Source of the DNA: the human T2T-CHM13v2.0 reference genome, Homo sapiens
DNA length: 64,000 nucleotides
Assembly (NCBI RefSeq): GCF_009914755.1
Contig: NC_060925.1
Strand: one strand, 5' to 3'
A model generated the notes under the pieces. That model was not told the DNA's origin. It searched no databases and was given only the letters and a program-made list of their open reading frames with translations. Of this stretch, positions 1-13,300 are shown in pieces. The position numbers and the translations under genes were made by a program. How positions within the stretch are numbered: position 1 is the stretch's first letter; every line of letters begins with the position of its first letter.

Positions 1-1173
1 AAATGGAATCATTGAACGGAATTGAATGGAATCGTCATCGAATGAATTGACTGCAATCATCGAATGGTCTCGAATGGAATCATCTTCAAATGGAATGGAA
101 TGGAATCATCGCATAGAATCGAATGGAATTATCATCGAATGGAATTGAATGGAATCAACATCAAACGGAAAAAAACGGAATTATCGAATGGAAACGAAGA
201 GAATCATCGAATGGACCCGAATGGAATCATCTAATGGAATGGAATGGAATAATCCATGGACTCGAATGCAATCATCATCGAATGGAATCGAATGGAATCA
301 TCGAATGGACTCGAATGGAATAATCATTGAACGGAAACGAATGGAATCATCATCGGATGGAAATGAATGGAATCATCATCGAATGGAATCGAATAGAATT
401 ATGGAATGAAATCCAGTGTGATCATCATCGAATGGACCCGAATGGAATCATCATCCAACGGAAGCTAATGGAATCAACATCGAATGAATCGAATGGAAAC
501 ACCATCGAATTGAAACGAATGGAATTATCATGAAATTGAAATGGATGGACTCATCATCGAATGGATTCGAATGGAATCATCGAATAAAATTGATTGAAAT
601 CATCATCGAATGGAATCGAATGGTATCATTGAATGGAATCGAATGGAATCATCATCAGATGGAAATGAATGGAATCGTCATAGAATGGAATCGAATGGAT
701 TCATTGAATGGAATCAGATGGAATCATCGAATGGACTGGAATGGAATCATTGAATGGACTCGAAAGGGATCATTATTGAATGCAATTGAATGGAATCATC
801 GAATGGTCTCGATTGGAATCATTATCAAATGGAATCGAATGGAATCACCGAATAGAATCGAATGGAACAATCATCGAATGGACTCAAATGGAATTATCCT
901 CAAATGGAATCGAATGGAATTATCGAATGCAATCGAATGGAATTATCGAATGCAATCGAATAGAATCATCGAATGGACTCGAATGGAATCATCGAATGGA
1001 ATGGAATGGAACAGTCAATGAACACGAATGGAATCATCATTGAATGGAATCGAATGGAATCATCGAGTGGAATCGAATGGAATTATGATCAAATGGAATC
1101 GAATGTAATCATCATCAAATGGAATCAAAAATAACCATCATCAATTGGTATTGAATGGAATTGTCATCAAATG

Positions 1174-2232
1174 GAATTCAAAGGAATCATCATCAAATGG
1201 AACCGAATGGAATCCTCATTGAATGGAAATGAAAGGGGTCATCATCTAATGGAATCGCATGGAATCATCATCAAATGGAATCGAATGGAATCATCATCAA
1301 ATGGAATCTAATGGAATCATTGAACAGAATTGAATGGAATGGTCATTGAATGAATTGAATGCAATCATCGAATGGTCTCGAATGGAATCATCTTCTAATG
1401 GAAAGGAATGGAATCATCGCATAGAATCGAATGGAATTATCATCGAATGGAATCGAATGGTATCAACACCAAACGGAAAAAAACGGAATTATCGAATGGA
1501 ATCGAAGAGAATCTTCGAACGGACCCGAATGGAATCATCTAATGGAATAGAATGGAATAATCCATGGACTCGAATGCAATCATCATCGAATGGAATCGAA
1601 TGGAATCATCGAATGGACTCGAATGGAATAATCATTGAACGGAATCGAATGGAATCATCATCGGATGGAAACGAATGGAATCATCATCGAATGGAAATGA
1701 AAGGAGTCATCATCTAATGGAATTGCATGGAATCATCATAAAATGGAATCGAATGGAATCAACATCAAATGGAATCAAATGGAATCATTGAACGGAATTG
1801 AATGGAATCGTCATCGAATGAATTGACTGCAATCATCGAATGGTCTCGGAATCATCTTCAAATGGAATGGAATGGAATCATCGCATAGAATCGAATGGAA
1901 TTATCATCGAATGGAATCGAATGGAATCAACATCAAACGGAAAAAAACGGAATTATCGAATGGAATCGAAGAGAATCATCGAATGGACCCGAATGGAATC
2001 ATCTAATGGAATGGAATGGAATAATCCATGGACTCGAATGCAATCATCATCGAATGGAATCGAATGGAATCATCGAATGAACTCGAATGGAATCATCATT
2101 GAATGGAATCGAATGGAATCATCGAGTGGAATCGAATGGAATTATGATCAAATGGAATCGAATGTAATCATCATCAAATGGAATCAAAAATAACCATCAT
2201 CAATTGGTATTGAATGGAATTGTCATCAAATG
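1174..2232 (+). repeat. Truncated 1,059-bp macro-unit (713-bp deletion plus 4-bp deletion); seven such copies plus one 1,063-bp copy in the window
   Basis: EcoRI sites at 1174 and 2233. The junction catcg-aatg-aactcgaatggaatcatcattg at 2076-2079 joins positions equivalent to 304 and 1017 of the preceding full unit (713 bp apart). Confidence 0.9.
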
Positions 2233-4008
2233 GAATTCAAAGGAATCATCATCAAATGGAACCGAATGGAATCCTCATTGAATGGAAATGAAAGGGGTCA
2301 TCATCTAATGGAATCGCATGGAATCATCATCAAATGGAATCGAATGGAATCATCATCAAATGGAATCTAATGGAATCATTGAACAGAATTGAATGGAATC
2401 GTCATCGAATGAATTGAATGCAATCATCGAATGGTCTCGAATGGAATCATCTTCTAATGGAAAGGAATGGAATCATCGCATAGAATCGAATGGAATTATC
2501 ATCGAATGGAATCGAATGGTATCAACACCAAACGGAAAAAAACGGAATTATCGAATGGAATCGAAGAGAATCTTCGAACGGACCCGAATGGAATCATCTA
2601 ATGGAATGGAATGGAATAATCCATGGACTCGAATGCAATCATCATCGAATGGAATCGAATGGAATCATCGAATGGACTCGAATGGAATAATCATTGAACG
2701 GAATCGAATGGAATCATCATCGGATGGAAACGAATGGAATCATCATCGAATGGAAATGAAAGGAGTCATCATCTAATGGAATTGCATGGAATCATCATAA
2801 AATGGAATCGAATGGAATCAACATCAAATGGAATCAAATGGAATCATTGAACGGAATTGAATGGAATCGTCATCGAATGAATTGACTGCAATCATCGAAT
2901 GGTCTCGAATGGAATCATCTTCAAATGGAATGGAATGGAATCATCGCATAGAATCGAATGGAATTATCATCGAATGGAATCGAATGGAATCAACATCAAA
3001 CGGAAAAAAACGGAATTATCGAATGGAATCGAAGAGAATCATCGAATGGACCCGAATGGAATCATCTAATGGAATGGAATGGAATAATCCATGGACTCGA
3101 ATGCAATCATCATCGAATGGAATCGAATGGAATCATCGAATGGACTCGAATGGAATAATCATTGAACGGAAACGAATGGAATCATCATCGGATGGAAATG
3201 AATGGAATCATCATCGAATGGAATCGAATAGAATTATGGAATGAAATCCAGTGTGATCATCATCGAATGGACCCGAATGGAATCATCATCCAACGGAAGC
3301 TAATGGAATCAACATCGAATGAATCGAATGGAAACACCATCGAATTGAAACGAATGGAATTATCATGAAATTGAAATGGATGGACTCATCATCGAATGGA
3401 TTCGAATGGAATCATCGAATAAAATTGATTGAAATCATCATCGAATGGAATCGAATGGTATCATTGAATGGAATCGAATGGAATCATCATCAGATGGAAA
3501 TGAATGGAATCGTCATAGAATGGAATCGAATGGATTCATTGAATGGAATCAGATGGAATCATCGAATGGACTGGAATGGAATCATTGAATGGACTCGAAA
3601 GGGATCATGATTGAATGGAATTGAATGGAATCATCGAATGGTCTCGATTGGAATCATTATCAAATGGAATCGAATGGAATCACCGAATAGAATCGAATGG
3701 AACAATCATCGAATGGACTCAAATGGAATTATCCTCAAATGGAATCGAATGGAATTATCGAATGCAATCGAATGGAATTATCGAATGCAATCGAATAGAA
3801 TCATCGAATGGACTCGAATGGAATCATCGAATGGAATGGAATGGAACAGTCAATGAACACGAATGGAATCATCATTGAATGGAATCGAATGGAATCATCG
3901 AGTGGAATCGAATGGAATTATGATCAAATGGAATCAAATGTAATCATCATCAAATGGAATCAAAAATAACCATCATCAATTGGTATTGAATGGAATTGTC
4001 ATCAAATG
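2233..4008 (+). repeat. Representative full-length 1,776-bp HSat2 macro-unit (EcoRI to EcoRI)
   Basis: GAATTC at 2233 and the next at 4009. The marker ORFs at 2393 and 4169 are 1,776 bp apart. The unit holds two ~468-bp sub-repeats followed by a non-duplicated segment (ccagtgtg...acagtcaatg...aaaataacc). Confidence 0.93.
2270..3220 (+). repeat. Internal ~468-bp direct duplication (sub-repeats A and B) present in every macro-unit
   Basis: Paralogous ORFs start at 2393 and 2861 (468 bp apart). Diagnostic A/B differences: aaaggggtc/aaaggagtc, gaacagaattg/gaacggaattg, ttgaatgc/ttgactgc, cttctaatggaaagg/cttcaaatggaatgg, ggtatcaacacc/ggaatcaacatc, atcttcgaacgg/atcatcgaatgg. Ends are approximate. 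Confidence 0.9.
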
Positions 4009-7000
4009 GAATTCAAAGGAATCATCATCAAATGGAACCGAATGGAATCCTCATTGAATGGAAATGAAAGGGGTCATCATCTAATGGAATCGCATGGAAT
4101 CATCATCAAATGGAATCGAATGGAATCATCATCAAATGGAATCTAATGGAATCATTGAACAGAATTGAATGGAATCGTCATCGAATGAATTGAATGCAAT
4201 CATCGAATGGTCTCGAATGGAATCATCTTCTAATGGAAAGGAATGGAATCATCGCATAGAATCGAATGGAATTATCATCGAATGGAATCAAATGGTATCA
4301 ACACCAAACGGAAAAAAACGGAATTATCGAATGGAATCGAAGAGAATCTTCGAACGGACCCGAATGGAATCATCTAATGGAATGGAATGGAATAATCCAT
4401 GGACTCGAATGCAATCATCATCGAATGGAATCGAATGGAATCATCGAATGGACTCGAATGGAATAATCATTGAACGGAATCGAATGGAATCATCATCGGA
4501 TGGAAACGAATGGAATCATCATCGAATGGAAATGAAAGGAGTCATCATCTAATGGAATTGCATGGAATCATCATAAAATGGAATCGAATGGAATCAACAT
4601 CAAATGGAATCAAATGGAATCATTGAACGGAATTGAATGGAATCGTCATCGAATGAATTGACTGCAATCATCGAATGGTCTCGAATGGAATCAACTTCAA
4701 ATGGAATGGAATGGAATCATCGAATAGAATCGAATGGAATTATCATCGAATGGAATCAACATCAAACGGAAAAAAACGGAATTATCGAATGGAATCGAAG
4801 AGAATCATCGAATGGACCCGAACGGAATCATCTAATGGAATGGAATGGAATAATCCATGGACTCGAATGCAATCATCATCGAATGGAATCGAATGGAATC
4901 ATCGAATGGACTCGAATGGAATAATCATTGAACGGAATCGAATGGAATCATCATCGGATGGAAATGAATGGAATCATCATCGAATGGAATCGAATAGAAT
5001 TATGGAATGAAATCCAGTGTGATCATCATCGAATGGACCCGAATGGAATCATCATCCAACGGAAGCTAATGGAATCAACATCGAATGAATCAAATGGAAA
5101 CACCATCGAATTGAAACGAATGGAATTATCATGAAATTGAAATGGATGGACTCATCATCGAATGGATTCGAATGGAATCATCGAATAAAATTGATTGAAA
5201 TCATCATCGAATGGAATCGAATGGTATCATTGAATGGAATCGAATGGAATCATCATCAGATGGAAATGAATGGAATCGTCATAGAATGGAATCGAATGGA
5301 TTCTTTGAATGGAATCAGATGGAATCATCGAATGGACTGGAATGGAATCATTGAATGGACTCGAAAGGGATCATGATTGAATGGAATTGAATGGAATCAT
5401 CGAATGGTCTCGATTGGAATCATTATCAAATGGAATCGAATGGAATCACCGAATAGAATCGAATGGAACAATCATCGAATGGACTCAAATGGAATTATCC
5501 TCCAATGGAATCGAATGGAATTATCGAATGCAATCGAATGGAATTATCGAATGCAATCGAATAGAATCATCGAATGGACTCGAATGGAATCATCGAATGG
5601 AATGGAATGGAACAGTCAATGAACTCGAATGGAATCATCATTGAATGGAATCGAATGGAATCATCGAGTGGAATCGAATGGAATTATGATCAAATGGAAT
5701 CGAATGTAATCATCATCAAATGGAATCAAAAATAACCATCATCAATTGGTATTGAATGGAATTGTCATCAAATGGAATTCAAAGGAATCATCATCAAATG
5801 GAACCGAATGGAATCCTCATTGAATGGAAATGAAAGGGGTCATCATCTAATGGATTCGCATGGAATCATCATCTAATGGAATCGAATGGAATCATCATCA
5901 AATGGAATCTAATGGAATCATTGAACAGAATTGAATGGAATCGTCATCGAATGAATTGAATGCAATCATCGAATTGTCTCGAATGGAATCATCTTCTAAT
6001 GGAAAGGAATGGAATCATCGCATAGAATCGAATGGAATTATCATCGAATGGAATCGAATGGTATCAACACCAAACGGAAAAAAACGGAATTATCGAATGG
6101 AATCGAAGAGAATCTTCGAACGGACTGGAATGGAATCATCTAATGGAATGGAATGGAATAATCCATGGACTCGAATGCAATCATCATCGAATGGAATCGA
6201 ATGGAATCATCGAATGGACTCGAATGGAATAATCATTGAACGGAATCGAATGGAATCATCATCGGATGGAAACGAATGGAATCATCATCGAATGGAAATG
6301 AAAGGAGTCATCATCTAATGGAATTGCATGGAATCATCATAAAATGGAATCGAATGGAATCAACATCAAATGGAATCAAATGGAATCATTGAACGGAATT
6401 GAATGGAATCGTCATCGAATGAATTGACTGCAATCATCGAATGGTCTCGAATGGAATCATCTTCAAATGGAATGGAATGGAATCATCGCATAGAATCGAA
6501 TGGAATTATCATCGAATGGAATTGAATGGAATCAACATCAAACGGAAAAAAACGGAATTATCGAATGGAATCGACGAGAATCATCGAATGGACCCGAATG
6601 GAATCATCTAATGGAATGGAATGGAATAATCCATGGACTCGAATGCAATCATCATCGAATGGAATCGAATGGAATCATCGAATGGACTCGAATGGAATAA
6701 TCATTGAACGGAAACGAATGGAATCATCATCGGATGGAAATGAATGGAATCATCATCGAATGGAATCGAATAGAATTATGGAATGAAATCCAGTGTGATC
6801 ATCATCGAATGGACCCGAATGGAATCATCATCCAACGGAAGCTAATGGAATCAACATCGAATGAATCGAATGGAAACACCATCGAATTGAAACGAATGGA
6901 ATTATCATGAAATTGAAATGGATGGACTCATCATCGAATGGATTCGAATGGAATCATCGAATAAAATTGATTGAAATCATCATCGAATGGAATCGAATGG

Positions 7001-10000
7001 TATCATTGAATGGAATCGAATGGAATCATCATCAGATGGAAATGAATGGAATCGTCATAGAATGGAATCGAATGGATTCATTGAATGGAATCAGATGGAA
7101 TCATCGAATGGACTGGAATGGAATCATTGAATGGACTCGAAAGGGATCATTATTGAATGCAATTGAATGGAATCATCGAATGGTCTCGATTGGAATCATT
7201 ATCAAATGGAATCGAATGGAATCACCGAATAGAATCGAATGGAACAATCATCGAATGGACTCAAATGGAATTATCCTCAAATGGAATCGAATGGAATTAT
7301 CGAATGCAATCGAATGGAATTATCGAATGCAATCGAATAGAATCATCGAATGGACTCGAATGGAATCATCGAATGGAATGGAATGGAACAGTCAATGAAC
7401 ACGAATGGAATCATCATTGAATGGAATCGAATGGAATCATCGAGTGGAATCGAATGGAATTATGATCAAATGGAATCGAATGTAATCATCATCAAATGGA
7501 ATCAAAAATAACCATCATCAATTGGTAATGAATGGAATTGTCATCAAATGGAATTCAAAGGAATCATCATCAAATGGAACCGAATGGAATCCTCATTGAA
7601 TGGAAATGAAAGGGGTCATCATCTAATGGAATCGCATGGAATCATCATCAAATGGAATCGAATGGAATCATCATCAAATGGAATCTAATGGAATCATTGA
7701 ACAGAATTGAATGGAATGGTCATTGAATGAATTGAATGCAATCATCGAATGGTCTCGAATGGAATCATCTTCTAATGGAAAGGAATGGAATCATCGCATA
7801 GAATCGAATGGAATTATCATCGAATGGAATCGAATGGTATCAACACCAAACGGAAAAAAACGGAATTATCGAATGGAATCGAAGAGAATCTTCGAACGGA
7901 CCCGAATGGAATCATCTAATGGAATAGAATGGAATAATCCATGGACTCGAATGCAATCATCATCGAATGGAATCGAATGGAATCATCGAATGGACTCGAA
8001 TGGAATAATCATTGAACGGAATCGAATGGAATCATCATCGGATGGAAACGAATGGAATCATCATCGAATGGAAATGAAAGGAGTCATCATCTAATGGAAT
8101 TGCATGGAATCATCATAAAATAGAATCGAATGGAATCAACATCAAATGGAATCAAATGGAATCATTGAACGGAATTGAATGGAATCGTCATCGAATGAAT
8201 TGACTGCAATCATCGAATGGTCTCGGAATCATCTTCAAATGGAATGGAATGGAATCATCGCATAGAATCGAATGGAATTATCATCGAATGGAATCGAATG
8301 GAATCAACATCAAACGGAAAAAAACGGAATTATCGAATGGAATCGAAGAGAATCATCGAATGGACCCGAATGGAATCATCTAATGGAATGGAATGGAATA
8401 ATCCATGGACTCGAATGCAATCATCATCGAATGGAATCGAATGGAATCATCGAATGAACTCGAATGGAATCATCATTGAATGGAATCGAATGGAATCATC
8501 GAGTGGAATCGAATGGAATTATGATCAAATGGAATCGAATGTAATCATCATCAAATGGAATCAAAAATAACCATCATCAATTGGTATTGAATGGAATTGT
8601 CATCAAATGGAATTCAAAGGAATCATCATCAAATGGAACCGAATGGAATCCTCATTGAATGGAAATGAAAGGGGTCATCATCTAATGGAATCACATGGAA
8701 TCATCATCAAATGGAATCGAATGGAATCATCATCAAATGGAATCTAATGGAATCATTGAACAGAATTGAATGGAATCGTCATCGAATGAATTGAATGCAA
8801 TCATCGAATGGTCTCGAATGGAATCATCTTCTAATGGAAAGGAATGGAATCATCGCATAGAATCGAATGGAATTATCATCGAATGGAATCGAATGGTATC
8901 AACACCAAACGGAAAAAAACGGAATTATCGAATGGAATCGAAGAGAATCTTCGAACGGACCCGAATGGAATCATCTAATGGAATGGAATGGAATAATCCA
9001 TGGATTCGAATGCAATCATCATCGAATGGAATCGAATGGAATCATCGAATGGACTCGAATGGAATAATCATTGAACGGAATCGAATGGAATCATCATCGG
9101 ATGGAAACGAATGGAATCATCATCGAATGGAAATGAAAGGAGTCATCATCTAATGGAATTGCATGGAATCATCATAAAATGGAATCGAATGGAATCAACA
9201 TCAAATGGAATCAAATGGAATCATTGAACGGAATTGAATGGAATCGTCATCGAATGAATTGACTGCAATCATCGAATGGTCTCGAATGGAATCATCTTCA
9301 AATGGAATGGAATGGAATCATCGCATAGAATCGAATGGAATTATCATCGAATGGAATCGAATGGAATCAACATCAAACGGAAAAAAACGGAATTATCGAA
9401 TGGAATCGAAGAGAATCATCGAATGGACCCGAATGGAATCATCTAATGGAATGGAATGGAATAATCCATGGACTCGAATGCAATCATCATCGAATGGAAT
9501 CGAATGGAATCATCGAATGGACTCGAATGGAATAATCATTGAACGGAAACGAATGGAATCATCATCGGATGGAAATGAATGGAATCATCATCGAATGGAA
9601 TCGAATAGAATTATGGAATGAAATCCAGTGTGATCATCATCGAATGGACCCGAATGGAATCATCATCCAACGGAAGCTAATGGAATCAACATCGAATGAA
9701 TCGAATGGAAACACCATCGAATTGAAACGAATGGAATTATCATGAAATTGAAATGGATGGACTCATCATCGAATGGATTCGAATGGAATCATCGAATAAA
9801 ATTGATTGAAATCATCATCGAATGGAATCGAATGGTATCATTGAATGGAATCGAATGGAATCATCATCAGATGGAAATGAATGGAATCGTCATAGAATGG
9901 AATCGAATGGATTCATTGAATGGAATCAGATGGAATCATCGAATGGACTGGAATGGAATCATTGAATGGACTCGAAAGGGATCATGATTGAATGGAATTG

Positions 10001-10385
10001 AATGGAATCATCGAATGGTCTCGATTGGAATCATTATCAAATGGAATCGAATGGAATCACCGAATAGAATCGAATGGAACAATCATCGAATGGACTCAAA
10101 TGGAATTATCCTCAAATGGAATCGAATGGAATTATCGAATGCAATCGAATGGAATTATCGAATGCAATCGAATAGAATCATCGAATGGACTCGAATGGAA
10201 TCATCGAATGGAATGGAATGGAACAGTCAATGAACACGAATGGAATCATCATTGAATGGAATCGAATGGAATCATCGAGTGGAATCGAATGGAATTATGA
10301 TCAAATGGAATCGAATGTAATCATCATCAAATGGAATCAAAAATAACCATCATCAATTGGTATTGAATGGAATTGTCATCAAATG

Positions 10386-13300
10386 GAATTCAAAGGAATC
10401 ATCATCAAATGGAACCGAATGGAATCCTCATTGAATGGAAATGAAAGGGGTCATCATCTAATGGAATCGCATGGAATCATCATCAAATGGAATCGAATGG
10501 AATCATCATCAAATGGAATCTAATGGAATCATTGAACAGAATTGAATGGAATGGTCATTGAATGAATTGAATGCAATCATCGAATGGTCTCGAATGGAAT
10601 CATCTTCTAATGGAAAGGAATGGAATCATCGCATAGAATCGAATGGAATTATCATCGAATGGAATCGAATGGTATCAACACCAAACGGAAAAAAACGGAA
10701 TTATCGAATGGAATCGAAGAGAATCTTCGAACGGACCCGAATGGAATCATCTAATGGAATAGAATGGAATAATCCATGGACTCGAATGCAATCATCATCG
10801 AATGGAATCGAATGGAATCATCGAATGGACTCGAATGGAATAATCATTGAACAGAATCGAATGGAATCATCATCAGATGGAAACGAATGGAATCATCATC
10901 GAATGGAAATGAAAGGAGTCATCATCTAATGGAATTGCATGGAATCATCATAAAATGGAATCGAATGGAATCAACATCAAATGGAATCAAATGGAATCAT
11001 TGAACGGAATTGAATGGAATCGTCATCGAATGAATTGACTGCAATCATCGAATGGTCTCGGAATCATCTTCAAATGGAATGGAATGGAATCATCGCATAG
11101 AATCGAATGGAATTATCATCGAATGGAATCGAATGGAATCAACATCAAACGGAAAAAAACGGAATTATCGAATGGAATCGAAGAGAATCATCGAATGGAC
11201 CCGAATGGAATCATCTAATGGAATGGAATGGAATAATCCATGGACTCGAATGCAATCATCATCGAATGGAATCGAATGGAATCATCGAATGAACTCGAAT
11301 GGAATCATCATTGAATGGAATCGAATGGAATCATCGAGTGGAATCGAATGGAATTATGATCAAATGGAATCGAATGTAATCATCATCAAATGGAATCAAA
11401 AATAACCATCATCAATTGGTATTGAATGGAATTGTCATCAAATGGAATTCAAAGGAATCATCATCAAATGGAACCGAATGGAATCCTCATTGAATGGAAA
11501 TGAAAGGGGTCATCATCTAATGGAATCGCATGGAATCATCATCAAATGGAATCGAATGGAATCATCATCAAATGGAATCTAATGGAATCATTGAACAGAA
11601 TTGAATGGAATCGTCATCGAATGAATTGAATGCAATCATCGAATGGTCTCGAATGGAATCATCTTCTAATGGAAAGGAACGGAATCATCGCATAGAATCG
11701 AATGGAATTATCATCGAATGGAATCGAATGGTATCAACACCAAACGGAAAAAAACGGAATTATCGAATGGAATCGAAGAGAATCTTCGAACGGACCCGAA
11801 TGGAATCATCTAATGGAATGGAATGGAATAATCCATGGACTCGAATGCAATCATCATCGAATGGAATGGAATGGAATCATCGAATGGACTCGAATGGAAT
11901 AATCATTGAACGGAATCGAATGGAATCATCATCGGATGGAAACGAATGGAATCATCATCGAATGGAAATGAAAGGAGTCATCATCTAATGGAATTGCATG
12001 GAATCATCATAAAATGGAATCGAATGGAATCAACATCAAATGGAATCAAATGGAATCATTGAACGGAATTGAATGGAATCGTCATCGAATGAATTGACTG
12101 CAATCATCGAATGGTCTCGAATGGAATCAACTTCAAATGGAATGGAATGGAATCATCGAATAGAATCGAATGGAATTATCATCGAATGGAATCAACATCC
12201 AACGGAAAAAAACGGAATTATCGAATGGAATCGAAGAGAATCATCGAAGGGACCCGAACGGAATCATCTAATGGAATGGAATGGAATAATCCATGGACTC
12301 GAATGCAATCATCATCGAATGGAATCGAATGGAATCATCGAATGGACTCGAATGGAATAATCATTGAACGGAAACGAATGGAATCATCATCGGATGGAAA
12401 TGAATGGAATCATCATCGAATGGAATCGAATAGAATTATGGAATGAAATCCAGTGTGATCATCATCGAATGGACCCGAATGGAATCATCATCCAACGGAA
12501 GCTAATGGAATCAACATCGAATGAATCGAATGGAAACACCATCGAATTGAAACGAATGGAATTATCATGAAATTGAAATGGATGGACTCATCATCGAATG
12601 GATTCGAATCGAATCATCGAATAAAATTGATTGAAATCATCATCGAATGGAATCGAATGGTATCATTGATTGGAATCGAATGGAATCATCATCAGATGGA
12701 AATGAATGGAATCGTCATAGAATGTAATCGAATGGATTCATTGAATGGAATCAGATGGAATCATCGAATGGACTGGAATGGAATCATTGAATGGACTCGA
12801 AAGGGATCATGATTGAATGGAATTGAATGGAATCATCGAATGGTCTCGATTGGAATCATTATCAAATGGAATCGAATGGAATCACCGAATAGAATCGAAT
12901 GGAACAATCATCGAATGGACTCAAATGGAATTATCCTCAAATGGAATCGAATGGAATTATCGAATGCAATCGAATGGAATTATCGAATGCAATCGAATAG
13001 AATCATCGAATGGACTCGAATGGAATCATCGAATGGAATGGAATGGAACAGTCAATGAACTCGAATGGAATCATCATTGAATGGAATCGAATGGAATCAT
13101 CGAGTGGAATCGAATGGAATTATGATCAAATGGAATCGAATGTAATCATCATCAAATGGAATCAAAAATAACCATCATCAATTGGTATTGAATGGAATTG
13201 TCATCAAATGGAATTCAAAGGAATCATCATCAAATGGAACCGAATGGAATCCTCATTGAATGGAAATGAAAGGGGTCATCATCTAATGGAATCGCATGGA

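Larger units (their letters stand above)
1..10385 (+). repeat. Partial 6,377-bp higher-order repeat (1059+1776+1766+1776), about 1.6 copies visible
   Basis: Rare variants recur at exactly +6,377: ggaattgaat (146/6523), cattattgaatgcaatt (783/7160) and the 713-bp deletion junction (2076/8453). ORF pairs 123/6500, 530/6907, 1334/7711, 2393/8770 and 3365/9742 show the same offset. Confidence 0.8.

Noticed and set aside
165-180. aacggaaaaaaacggaa motif (twice per unit) as a terminator or regulatory element
   Set aside because: It is a short direct repeat of degenerate satellite pentamers with no hairpin, so there is no support for a function.
530-1021. Longest ORF (163 aa; also at 6907, 47967, 55070, 56846)
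   Set aside because: It arises from a single tga-to-tta change (catgattg to cattattg) fusing two repeat-derived ORFs. There is no evidence of coding constraint.
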